Assembly (NCBI GenBank): GCA_964016885.1
Contig: OZ024745.1
Location: forward strand, 77,004,001-77,068,000
Direction: 5' to 3'
Length of the DNA: 64,000 nt
DNA from: Eledone cirrhosa
Lineage: Eukaryota
The notes below the pieces were generated by a model, which ran no database searches, was not told the DNA's origin, and saw only the letters and a list, made by a program, of their open reading frames with translations. The translations under genes and the position numbers were made by a program. Below, piece after piece: positions 1 through 12,000 of this stretch (the stretch's first letter is position 1; each line of letters starts with the position of its first letter).

Positions 1-3000
1 TAGTGGTCATTTGGCAGTGGTCGCTTGGTAGTGGTCTTTTGGTAGTGGTCTCTTGGTAGTGGTCTCTTGGTAGTGGTCTCTTGGGAGTGGTCTCTTGGTA
101 GTGTTCTCTTGGTAAGGGTCTCTTGGTAGTGGTCTCTTGGTAGTGGTCGCTTGGTAGTGCTCTCTTGGTAGTAGTTTCTTGGTAGTGGTCTCTTGGTAGT
201 GGTCTCTTGGTAATGGTGTCTTGGTAGTGGTCTCTTGGTAGTGGTCTCTTGGTAGTGGTCCCTTGGTAGTGGTCGCTTGGTAGTTGTGTCTTGGTAGAGG
301 TCTCTTGGTAGTGGTCTTTTGGTAGTGGTCTCTTGGTAGTGGCTTCTTGATAGTGCTCTCTTGGTAGTGGTCTCTTGGTAGTGTTTCCTTGGTAGTGGTC
401 GCTGGATAGTGGTCTATTGGTAGTGGTGTCTTGGTAGTGTTCTCTTGGTAGTGTTCTCTTGGTAGTGTTCTCTTGGTTGTGTTCTCTTTGTAGTGGTCTC
501 TTGCTAGTGTTCTCTTGGTAGTGGTCTCTTGGTAGTGGTCTCTTGGTAGTGGTCTCTTGGTAGTGGTCTCTTGGTAGTGGTCCCTTGGTAGTCTTCTCTT
601 GGTAGTGGTCTCTTGGTAGTGGTCTATTGGTAGTGGTCTCTGGGTAGTGTTCTCTTGGTAGTGGTCCCTTTGTAGTGTTCTCTTGGTACTGGTCTCTTGA
701 GTAGTGTTCTCTTGGTAGTGGTCTCTTGGTAGTGGTCTCTCGGTTGTGTTCTCTTGGTAGTGGTCTCTTGGTAGCGATCTTTTGGTAGTGGTCTCTTGGT
801 AGTTGTCTCTTGGTAGTGTTCTCTTGGTAGTGGTCTCATGGTTCGTCTCTTGGTAGTGGTCTCTTGGTAGTGGTCTCTTGGCAGTGGTCTATTGGTAGTG
901 GTCTCTTGGTAGTGGTCACTTGGTAGTGGTCTATTGGTAACGATCTTTTGGTAGTGGTCTCTTGGTAGTGGTCTCTTGGTAGTGTTCTCTTGGTAATGGT
1001 TTCTTGGTTGTGTTCTGTTGGTAGTGGTGTCTTGGTAGTGTTCTCTTGGTAGTGTTCTCTTGGTAGTGTTCTCTTTATAGTGGTCTCTTGCTAGTGTTCT
1101 CTTGGTAGTGGTCTCTTGGTAGTGTTCTCTTGGTAGTGGTCCCTTGGTAGTGTTCTCTTGGTAGTGCTATCTTGGTAGTGTTCTCTTGGTAGTGGTCTCT
1201 TGATAGTGGTCTATTGGGAGTGGTCTCTTGATTGTGGTCTCCTGGTTGTGGTTTCTTGGTAGTGGTCTCTAGGTAGTGGTCTCTTGGTAGTGGTCTCTTC
1301 GTAGTGGTCTCTTGGTATTGGTGTCTTGGTAGTGGTCTCTTCGTAGTGGTCTGTTGGTAGTGGTCTGTTTGTAGTGGTCTATTGGTAGTGGTCTCTAGGT
1401 AGTGGTCTCTTGGTAGTGGTCCCTTGCTAGTGGTCTCTTGGTAGTGGTCTCTTGGTAGTGGTCTCTTGATAGTGGTCTATTGGTAGTGGCCTCTTGGTAG
1501 TGGTCTCTTGGTAGTGTTCTCTTTGTAGTGGTATCTTGGTAGTGGTCTCATGGTAGTGTTCTCTTGGTAGTGGTCCCTTGGTTGTGGTCACTTGATAGTG
1601 GTCTATTGGTAGTGGTCTCTAGGTAGTGGTCTCTTGGTAGTGGTCCCTTGGTAGTGGTCTCTTGGTAGTGGTCTCTTGGTAGTGTTCTCTTGGTAGTGTT
1701 CTCTTAGAAGTGTTCTCTTGGTAGTGGTCTCTTGGTAGTGGTCTCTTGGTAGTGGTCTCTTGGTAGTGGTCTCTTGGTAGTGGTCATTTGGCAGTGGTGT
1801 TTTGGTAGTGGTCTCTTGATAGTGGTCTCTTGGTAGTGTTCTCTTGGTAGTGGTCTCTTGGTAGTGGTCTCTTGGTAATTGTCTCTTGTTAGTGGTCTCT
1901 TGGTAGTGGTCTCTTTGTAGTGGTCTCTTTGTAGTGGTGTCTTGGTAGTGGTCTGTTGGTAGTGTTCTCTTGGTAATGTTCTCTTGGTATTGTTCTCTTG
2001 GTAGTGGTCTCATGATAGTCTTCTCTTGGTAGTGGTCTCTTGGTAGTGGTCTCTTGGTAGTCGTCTCTTGGTAGTCGTCCCTTCGTAGTTGTCGCTGTAT
2101 AGTGGTCTATTGGTAGTGGTGACTTGGTAGTGTTGTCTTGGTAGTGTTCTCTCGGTAGTGTTCTCTTGGTTGTGTGCTCTTGGTAGTGGTCTCTTGGTAG
2201 TGTTCTCTTGGTAGTGTTCTCTTGGTAGTGTTCTCTTGGTTGTGGTCTCTTGGTAGTGGTCTCTTGGTTGTGGTCCCTTGGTAGTGGTCTCTTGGTAGTG
2301 GTTTCTTGGTAGTGGTCCCTTGGTAGTGGTCTCTTGGTAGTGGTCTCTTGGTAGTGTTCTCTTGGTAGTGGTATCTTGGTAGTGGTCTCTTGGTAGTGTT
2401 CTCTTGGTAGTGGTCTCTTGGTAGGGCTCTCTTGGTAGTGGACTCTTGCTAGTGGTGTATTGGTAGTGTTCTCTTGGTAGTGGTCTCTTGGTAGTGGTCT
2501 CTTGGTAGTGGCCTCTTGGTAGTGGTCTCTTGGTAGTGGTCTCTTGGTAGTGGTCTCCTGGTTGTGGTCTCTTGGTTGTGGTGTCTTGGTAGTGGTCTCT
2601 TGGTAGTGATCTCTTGGTAGAGGTCTCTTGGTAGTGGTCCATTGGTAGTGGTCGCTGGATAGTGGTCTATTGGTAGTGGTCTCTTGGTAGTGGTCTCTTG
2701 GTAGTGGTCTATTGGTAGTGGTCTTTTGGTAGTGGTCTCTTGGTAGTGGTCTCATGGTAGTGTTCTCTTGGTAGTGGTCTCTTGGTAGTGGTCTCTCGTT
2801 AGTGGTCTCTTAATAGGGGTCTCTTGGCAGTGTTCTCTTGGTAGTGGTCTCTTGGTAGGGGTGTCTTGGTAGTGGTCTCTTGGTAGTGGTCTCTTGGGAA
2901 TGTTCTCTTGGTAGTGGTCTCTTGGTAGCGGTCTTTTGGTTGTGGTCTCTTGGTAGTGGTCTCTTGGTAGTGGCCTCTTGGTAGTGGTCTCTTGGTAGCG

Positions 3001-6000
3001 GTCCCTTGGTAGTGGTCTCTCGGTTGTAGTCTCTTGGTAGTGGTCTCTTGGTAGTGATCTCTTGGTAGTGGTCTCTTGGTAGTGGTCCCATGGTAGTGGT
3101 CGCTGGATAGTGGTCTATTGGTAGTGGTGTCTTGGTAGTGTTTTGTTGGTAGTGTTCTCTTGGTAGTGTTCTCTTGGTAGTGTTCTCTTGGTAGTGGTCT
3201 CTTGGTAGTGTTCTCTTGGTAGTCATCTCTTGGTAGTGTTCTCTTGGTAGTGGTCTCTTGGTAGTGGTCTCTTGGTAGTGGTCTCTTGGTAGTGGTTTCT
3301 TGGTAGTGGTCTCTTGGTAGTGGTCTCTTGGTAATGGTGTCTTGGTAGTGGCTTCTTGATAGTGCTCTCTTGGTAGTGGTCTCTTGGTAGTGGTCTGTTG
3401 GTAGTTGTCTCTTGGTAGTGTTCTCTTGGTAGTGGTATCTTGGTAGTGGTCTATTGGTAGTGGTCTCTTGGTAGTGTTCTCTTGGTAGTGGTCTCTTGGT
3501 AGTGGTCTCTTGGTAGTGTTCTCTTGGTAGTGGTCCCTTGTTAGTGGTCTCTTGGTAGTGGTCCCTTGGTAGTGTTCTCTTGGTAGTGGTCTCTTGGTAG
3601 CGTTCTCTTGGTAGTGGTCTCTTGGTAGAGGTCTCTTGGTAGTGGTCTATTGGTAGTGGTCTCTTGGTAGTGTTCTCTTGGTAGCGTTCTCTTGGTAGAG
3701 GTCTCTTGGTAGTGGTCTCTTGGTTGTGTTCTCTTGGTAGTGGTCTCTTGGTAGTGGTCTCTTGGTAGTGTTCTCTTGGTAGTGGTCCCTTGGTAGTGGT
3801 CTCTTGGTAGTGGTCCCTTGGTAGTGTTCTCTTGGTAGTGGTCTCTTGGTAGTGGTCCCTTGGTAGTGGTGTCTTGGTAGTTGTCTACTGGTAGTGGTCT
3901 CTTAGTAGTGGTCTCTTGGTAGTGGTCTCTTGGTAGTGATCTCTTGGTAGTAGTTTCTTGGTAGTGGTCTCCTGGTAGTGGTCTCTTGGTAATGGTGTCT
4001 TGGTAGTGGTCTCTAGGTAGTGTTCTCTTGGTAGTGGTCTCTTGGTAGTGGTCTCTTGGTAGTGGTCTCTTGGTAGTGGTCTCTTGGTAGTGGTCATTTG
4101 GCAGTGGTCTCTTGGTAGTGGTCTTTTGGTAGTGGTCTCTTGGTAGTGGTCTCTTGGTAGTGGTCTCTTGGGAGTGGTCTCTTGGTAGTGTTCTCTTGGT
4201 AAGGGTCTCTTGGTAGTGGTCTCTTGGTAGTGGTCGCTTGGTAGTGCTCTCTTGGTAGTAGTTTCTTGGTAGTGGTCTCTTGGTAGTGGTCTCTTGGTAG
4301 TGTTCTCTTGGTAGTGTTCTCTTGGTAGTGGTCTCTTGGTAGTGGTCCCTTGGTAGTGGTCGCTTGGTAGTTGTGTCTTGGTAGAGGTCTCTTGGTAGTG
4401 GTCTTTTGGTAGTGGTCTCTTGGTAGTGGCTTCTTGATAGTGCTCTCTTGGTAGTGGTCTCTTGGTAGTGGTCCCTTGGTAGTGGTCGCTGGATAGTGGT
4501 CTATTGGTAGTGGTGTCTTGGTAGTGTTCTCTTGGTAGTGTTCTCTTGGTAGTGTTCTCTTGGTAGTGTTCTCTTTGTAGTGGTCTCTTGCTAGTGTTCT
4601 CTTGGTAGTGGTCTCTTGGTAGTGGTCTCTTGGTAGTGGTCTCTTGGTAGTGGTCTCTTGGTAGTGGTCCCTTGGTAGTCTTCTCTTGGTAGTGGTCTCT
4701 TGGTAGTGGTCTATTGGTAGTGGTCTCTGGGTAGTGTTCTCTTGGTAGTGGTCCCTTTGTAGTGTTCTCTTGGTACTGGTCTCTTGAGTAGTGTTCTCTT
4801 GGTAGTGGTCTCTTGGTAGTGGTCTCTCGGTTGTGTTCTCTTGGTAGTGGTCTCTTGGTAGCGATCTTTTGGTAGTGGTCTCTTGGTAGTTGTCTCTTGG
4901 TAGTGTTCTCTTGGTAGTGGTCTCATGGTTCGTCTCTTGGTAGTGGTCTCTTGGTAGTGGTCTCTTGGCAGTGGTCTATTGGTAGTGGTCTCTTGGTAGT
5001 GGTCACTTGGTAGTCGTCTATTGGTAACGATCTTTTGGTAGTGGTCTCTTGGTAGTGGTCTCTTGGTAGTGTTCTCTTGGTAATGGTTTCTTGGTTGTGT
5101 TCTGTTGGTAGTGGTGTCTTGGTAGTGTTCTCTTGGTAGTGTTCTCTTGGTAGTGTTCTCTTGGTAGTGTTCTCTTTGTAGTGGTCTCTTGCTAGTGTTC
5201 TCTTGGTAGTGGTCTCTTGGTAGTGTTCTCTTGGTAGTGGTCCCTTGGTAGTGTTCTCTTGGTAGTGCTATCTTGGTAGTGTTCTCTTGGTAGTGGTCTC
5301 TTGATAGTGGTCTATTGGGAGTGGTCTCTTGATTGTGGTCTCCTGGTTGTGGTTTCTTGGTAGTGGTCTCTAGGTAGTGGTCTCTTGGTAGTGGTCTCTT
5401 CGTAGTGGTCTCTTGGTATTGGTGTCTTGGTAGTGGTCTCTTCGTAGTGGTCTGTTGGTAGTGGTCTGTTTGTAGTGGTCTATTGGTAGTGGTCTCTAGG
5501 TAGTGGTCTCTTGGTAGTGGTCCCTTGCTAGTGGTCTCTTGGTAGTGGTCTCTTGGTAGTGGTCTCTTGATAGTGGTCTATTGGTAGTGGCCTCTTGGTA
5601 GTGGTCTCTTGGTAGTGTTCTCTTTGTAGTGGTATCTTGGTAGTGGTCTCATGGTAGTGTTCTCTTGGTAGTGGTCCCTTGGTTGTGGTCACTTGATAGT
5701 GGTCTATTGGTAGTGGTCTCTAGGTAGTGGTCTCTTGGTAGTGGTCCCTTGGTAGTGGTCTCTTGGTAGTGGTCTCTTGGTAGTGTTCTCTTGGTAGTGT
5801 TCTCTTAGAAGTGTTCTCTTGGTAGTGGTCTCTTGGTAGTGTTCTCTAGGTAGTGTTCTCTTGGTAGTGGTCTCTTGGTAGTGGTCTCTTGGTAGTGGTC
5901 TCTTGGTAGTGGTCTCTTGGTAGTGGTCATTTGACAGTGGTGTTTTGGTAGTGGTCTCTTGATAGTGGTCTCTTGGTAGTGTTCTCTTGGTAGTGGTCTC

Positions 6001-9000
6001 TTGGTAGTGGTCTCTTGGTAATTGTCTCTTGTTAGTGGTCTCTTGGTAGTGGTCTCTTGGGAGTTGTCTCTTGGTATTGGTCTTTTGGTAGTGGTCTCTT
6101 TGTAGTGGTCTCTTTGTAGTGGTGTCTTGGTAGTGGTCTGTTGGTAGTGTTCTCTTGGTAGTGTTCTCTTGGTATTGTTCTCTTGGTAGTGGTCTCATGA
6201 TAGTCTTCTCTTGGTAGTGGTCTCTTGGTAGTGGTCTCTTGGTAGTCGTCTCTTGGTAGTCGTCCCTTCGTAGTTGTCGCTGTATAGTGGTCTATTGGTA
6301 GTGGTGACTTGGTAGTGTTGTCTTGGTAGTGTTCTCTCGGTAGTGTTCTCTTGGTTGTGTGCTCTTGGTAGTGGTCTCTTCGTAGTGTTCTCTTGGTAGT
6401 GTTCTCTTGGTAGTGTTCTCTTGGTTGTGGTCTCTTGGTAGTGGTCTCTTGGTTGTGGTCCCTTGGTAGTGGTCTCTTGGTAGTGGTTTCTTGGTAGTGG
6501 TCCCTTGGTAGTGGTCTCTTGGTAGTGGTCTCTTGGTAGTGTTCTCTTGGTAGTGGTATCTTGGTAGTGGTCTCTTGGTAGTGTTCTCTTGGTAGTGGTC
6601 TCTTGGTAGGGCTCTCTTGGTAGTGGACTCTTGCTAGTGGTGTATTGGTAGTGTTCTCTTGGTAGTGGTCTCTTGGTAGTGGTCTCTTGGTAGTGGCCTC
6701 TTGGTAGTGGTCTCTTGGTAGTGGTCTCTTGGTAGTGGTCTCCTGGTTGTGGTCTCTTGGTTGTGGTGTCTTGGTAGTGGTCTCTTGGTAGTGATCTCTT
6801 GGTAGTGGTCTCTTGGTAGTGGTCCATTGGTAGTGGTCGCTGGATAGTGGTCTTTTGGTAGTGGTCTCTTGGTAGTGTTCTCTTGGTAGTGGTCCCTTGG
6901 TAGTGGTCGCTGGATAGTGGTCTCTTGGTTGTGTCATCTTGGTAGTGGTCTCTTGGTAGTGGTCTCTTGGAAGTGGTCTCTTGGTAGTGGTTTCTTGGTA
7001 GTGGTCTCATGGTAGTGGTCTCTTGGTAGTGGTCTCTTGGTAGTGGTCTCTTAGTAGTGGTCTGTTGGTAGTGGTGTCTTGGTAGTGGTCTCTTAGTAGT
7101 GGTCTGTTGGTAGTGGTGTCTTGGTAGTGGTCTCTTGGTAGTGGTCTCTTGGTAGTGGTGTCTTGGTTGTGGTCTCTTGGTAGTGGTGTCATGGTAGTGG
7201 TTTCTTAGTAGAGCTGTCTTGGTAGTGTTCTCTTGGAAGTGGTCTCTTGATAGTGGTCTGTTGGTAGTGGTCTCTTGGTAGTGGTCTCTTGATAGTTGTC
7301 GCTTGGTAGTGTTCTCTTGGTAGTGGTGTCTTGGTAGTGGTCTCTTGGTAGTGGTCTCTTGATAGTGCTCTTTTGGTAGTGGTCTCTTGGTAGTGGTCTC
7401 TTGGTAGTGGTATCTTGGTAGTGTTCTCTTGGTAGTGTTCTCTTGGTAGCGGTCTCTTGGAAGTTATCTCTTGGTAGTGGTATCTTGGTAGTGGTCTCTT
7501 GGTAGTATTCTCTTGGTAGTGGTATCTTGGTACTGGTCTCTTGGTAGTGGTCTCTTGGTAGTGGTCTCTTGGTTGTGTTCTCTTGGTATTGATCTCTTGC
7601 TAGTGGTCTCTTGGTAATGGTATCTTGATAGTGCTCTCTTGGTAGTTGTCTCTTGGTAGTGGTATCTTTGTAGTGGTATCTTGGTAGTGGTATCTTTGTA
7701 GTGGTATCTTGGTAGTGGTCTCTTGGTAGTGGTATCTCGGTAGTATTATCTTTGTAGTGGTCTCTTGGTAGTGGTCTCTTGGTAGTGGTCTCTTTGTAGT
7801 GGTCTCTTGGTAGTGGTCTCTAGGTAGTGGTCTCTTGATAGTGTTCTCTTGGTAGTGGTCTCTTGGTAGTTGTCTCTTGGTAGTGTTCTCTTGGTAGTGG
7901 TCTCTTGGTAGTAGTCCCTTGGTAGTGGTCGCTGGATAGTGGTCCCTTGGTTGTGTTCTCTTGGTAGTGGTCTCTTGGTAGTGGTCCTTTGGTAGTGGTC
8001 TCTTGGTAGTGGTCTCTTGGTAGTGGTTTCTTTGTAGTGTTCTCTTGGTAGTGGTCTCTTGGTAGTGGTCTCTTGGTAGTGGTCTCTTGGTAGTGGTCTG
8101 TTGGTAGTGGTGTCTTGGTAGTGGTGTCTTGGTAGTGGTCTCTTGGTAGTGGTGTCATGGTAGTGGTTTCTTAGTAGAGCTGTCTTGGTAGTGTTCTCTT
8201 GGTAGTGGTGTCTTGGTAGTGATCTCTTGGAAGTGGTCTCTTGATAGTGGTCTCTTGGTAGTGGTCTCTTGGTAGTGGTCTCTTGGTAGTGGTATCTTGG
8301 TAGTGTTCTCTTGGTAGTGTTCTCTTGGTAGCGGTCTCTTGGTAGTGATCTCTTGGTAGTGTTCTCTTGGTAGTGTTCTCTTGGTAGTGTTCTCTTGGTA
8401 GTGTTCTCTTGGTAGCGGTCTCTTGGTAGTGATCTCTTGGTAGTGGTATCTTGGTAGTGTTCTCTTGGTAGTATTCTCTTGGTAGTGTTATCTTGGTACT
8501 GGTCTCTTGGTAGCTGTCTCTTGGTTGTGTTCTCTTGGTATTGTTCTCTTGCTAGTGGTCTCTTGGTAATGGTATCTTGATAGTGCTCTCTTCGTAGTGG
8601 TCTCTTGGTATTGGTATCTTGGTAGTGGTATCTTTGTAGTGGTATCTTGGTAGTGGTCTATTTGTAGTGGTCTCTTGGTAGTGGTCTATTTGTAGTGGTC
8701 TCTTGGTAGTGTTCTCTTGGTAGTGTTCTCTTGGTAGTGATCTCTTGGTAGTGGTCTCTTGATAGTGGTATCTTGGTAGTATTATCTTGGTAGTGGTCTC
8801 TTTGTAGTGGTCTCTTGGTAGTGGTCTATTTGTAGTGGTCTCTTGGTAGTGTTCTCTTGGTAGTGTTCTCTTGGTAGTGATCTCTTGGTAGTGTTCTCTT
8901 GGTAGTGGTATCTTGGTAGTGGTCTCTTGGTAGTGGTCTCTTGTTAGTCGTATCTTGGTACTGGTCTCTTGGTAGTGGTCTCTTGGTTGTGTTCTCTTGG

Positions 9001-12000
9001 TATTGTTCTCTTGCTAGTAGTCTCTTGGTAGTGTTGTCTTGGTAGTGGTGTCTTGCTAGTAGTCTTTTGGTAGTGGTCTCTTGGTAGTGGTCTCTTGGTA
9101 GTGGTCTCTTGGTAGTGGTCTCTTGGTAGTGGTCTCTTAGTAGTGGTGTCTTGGTAGTGGTCTCTTAGTAGTGGTGTCTTGGTAGTGGTCTCTTAGTAGT
9201 GGTGTCTTGGTAGTGGTATCTTGGTAGTGGTCTCTTGGTAGTGGTGTCTTGTTAGTGATCTCTTGGTAGAGGTCTCTTGGTAGTGGTCTCTTTATAGTGT
9301 TCTCTTGGTAGTGGTCTCTTGGTAGTGGTCTCTTGGTAGTGTTCTCTTGGTAGTGGTCTCTTGGTTGTGGTCTCTTGGTAGTGGTCTCTTGGTAGTGGTC
9401 TCTTGGTTGTGTTCTCTTGGTATTGATCTCTTGCTAGTGGTCTCTTAGTAGTGGTGTCTTGGTAGTGGTCTCTTAGTAGTGGTGTCTTGGTAGTGCTCTC
9501 TTAGTAGTGGTGTCTTGGTAGTGGTATCTTGGTAGTGGTCTCTTGGTAGCGGTGTCTTGTTAGTGATCTCTTGGTAGGGGTCTCTTGGTAGTGGTCTCTT
9601 GGTAGTGGTCTCTTGGTAGTGTTCTCTTGGTAGTGGTCTCTTGGTAGTGGTCTCTTGGTAGTGGTATCTTGGTAGTGGTCTCTTGGTAGCGGTGTCTTGT
9701 TAGTGATCTCTTGGTAGGGGTCTCTTGGTAGTGTTCTCTTGGTAGTGGTCTCTTGGTAGGGGTCTCTTGGTAGTGGTCTCTTGGTAGTGGTCTCTTGGTA
9801 GTGTTCTCTTGGTAGTGGTCTCTTGGTAGTGGTCCTTTGGTAGTGGTCTCTTAGTAGTGGTTTCTTGGTAGTGGTCTCTTGGTAGTGGTCTCTTGGTAGT
9901 GGTCTGTTGGTAGTGGTCTCTTGGTAGTGGTGTCTTGGTAGTGATCTCTTGGAAGTGGTCTCTTGGTAGTGGTCTCTTGATAGTTGTCTCTTGGTAGTAT
10001 TCTCTTGGTAGTGGTGTCTTGATAGTGGTCTCTTGGTAGTGTTCTCTTGGTGGTGTTCTCTTGGTAGTGTTCTCTTGGTAGTGTTCTCTTGGTAGTGTTC
10101 TCTTGGTAGTGGTCTCTTGATAGTTGTCTCTTGGTAGTATTCTCTTGGTAGAGGTGTCTTGATAGTGGTCTCTTGGTAGTGTTCTCTTGGTAGTGTTCTC
10201 TTGGTAGTGTTCTCTTGGAAGTGGTCTCTTGATAGTTGTCTCTTGGTAGTATTCTCTTGGTAGTGGTGTCTTGATAGTGGTCTCTTGGTAGTGTTCTCTT
10301 GGTAGTGTTCTCTTGGTAGTGTTCTCTTGGTAGTGGTCTCTTGATAGTTGTCTCTTGGTAGTATTCTCTTGGTAGTGGTGTCTTGATAGTGGTCTCTTGG
10401 TAGTGTTCTCTTGGTAGTGTTCTCTTGGTAGTGTTCTCTTGGTAGTGGTCTCTTGATAGTTGTCTCTTGGTAGTATTCTCTTGGTAGTGGTGTCTTGATA
10501 GTGGTCTCTTGGTAGTGTTCTCTTGGAAGTGGTCTCTTGATAGTTGTCTCTTGGTAGTATTCTCTTGGTAGTGGTGTCTTGATAGTGGTCTCTTGGTAGT
10601 GTTCTCTTGGAAGTGGTCTCTTGATAGTTGTCTCTTGGTAGTATTCTCTTGGTAGTGGTGTCTTGGTAGTGGTCTCTTGGTAGTGGTCTCTTGGTAGTGT
10701 TCTCTTGGTAGTGTTCTCTTCGTAGCGGTCTCTTGGTAGTGATCTCTTGGTAGTGGTATCTTGGTAGTGGTCTATTGGTAGTGATCTCTTGGTAGTGGTA
10801 TCTTGGTAGTGGTCTCTTGGTAGTGGTCTCTTGGTAGTGGTATCTTGGTAGTGGTCTCTTGGTAGTGGTCTCTTGGTAGTGGTCTCTTGGTTGTGTTCTC
10901 TTGGTATTGATCTCTTGCTAGTGGTCTCTTGGTAATGGTATCTTGATAGTGCTCTCTTGGTAGTTGTCTCTTGGTACAGGTATCTTGGTAGTGGTATCTT
11001 TGTAGTGGTATCTTGGTAGTGGTCTCTTGGTAGTGGTATCTCGGTAGTATTATCTTGGTAGTGGTTTCTTGGTAGTGGTCTCTTTGTAGTGGACTCTTGG
11101 TAGTGGTCTATTTGTAGTGGACTCTTGGTAGTGGTCTATTTGTAGTGGTCTCTTGGTAGTGTTCTCTTGGTAGTGGTCTCTTGGTAGTGTTCTCTTGGTA
11201 GTGGTAATCTTGGTAGTGTTCTCTTGGTAGTGGTAATCTTGGTAGTATTCCCTTGATAGTGGTCTCTTGGTAGTGGTATCTTAGTACTGGTCTCTTGATA
11301 GTGGTCTCTTGGTTGTGTTCTCTTGGTATTGGTCTCTTGGTAGTGTTCTCTTGGTAGTGGTAATCTTGGTAGTGTTCTCTTGGTAGTGGTAATCTTGGTA
11401 GTATTCCCTTGGTAGTGGTCTCTTGGTAGTGGTATCTTAGTACTGGTCTCTTGATAGTGGTCTCTTGGTTGTGTTCTCTTGGTATTGGTCTCTTGGTAGT
11501 GTTCTCTTGGTAGTGGTAATCTTGGTAGTATTCCCTTGGTAGTGGTCTCTTGGTAGTGGTATCTTAGTACTGGTCTCTTGATAGTGGTCTCTTGGTTGTG
11601 TTCTCTTGGTATTGTTCTCTTGCTAGTAGTCTTTTGGTAGTGGTCTCTTGGTCGTGGTCTCTTGGTAGTGTTCTCTTGGTAGTGGTTTCTTGGTAGTGGT
11701 CTATTGGTAGTGGTCTCTTGGTAGTGTTCTGTTGGTAGTGGTCCCTTGGTAGTGGTCTCTTGATAGTGGTGTCTTGGTAGTGTTCTCTTGGTAGTGGTCC
11801 CTTGGTAGTGGTCTCATGGTAGTGGTCTCTTGGTAGTGGTCTTATGGTAGTGGTCTCTTAGTAGTGGTCTCTTAATAGTGGTCTCTTGGTTGACGTCTAT
11901 TGGTAGTGGTCTCTAGGTAGTGGTCTCTTGGTAGTGGTCTCTTGGTAGTGTTCTCTTGGTAGTGTTCGCTTGGTAGTGGTCTCTTGGTAGTGGTCTCTTG

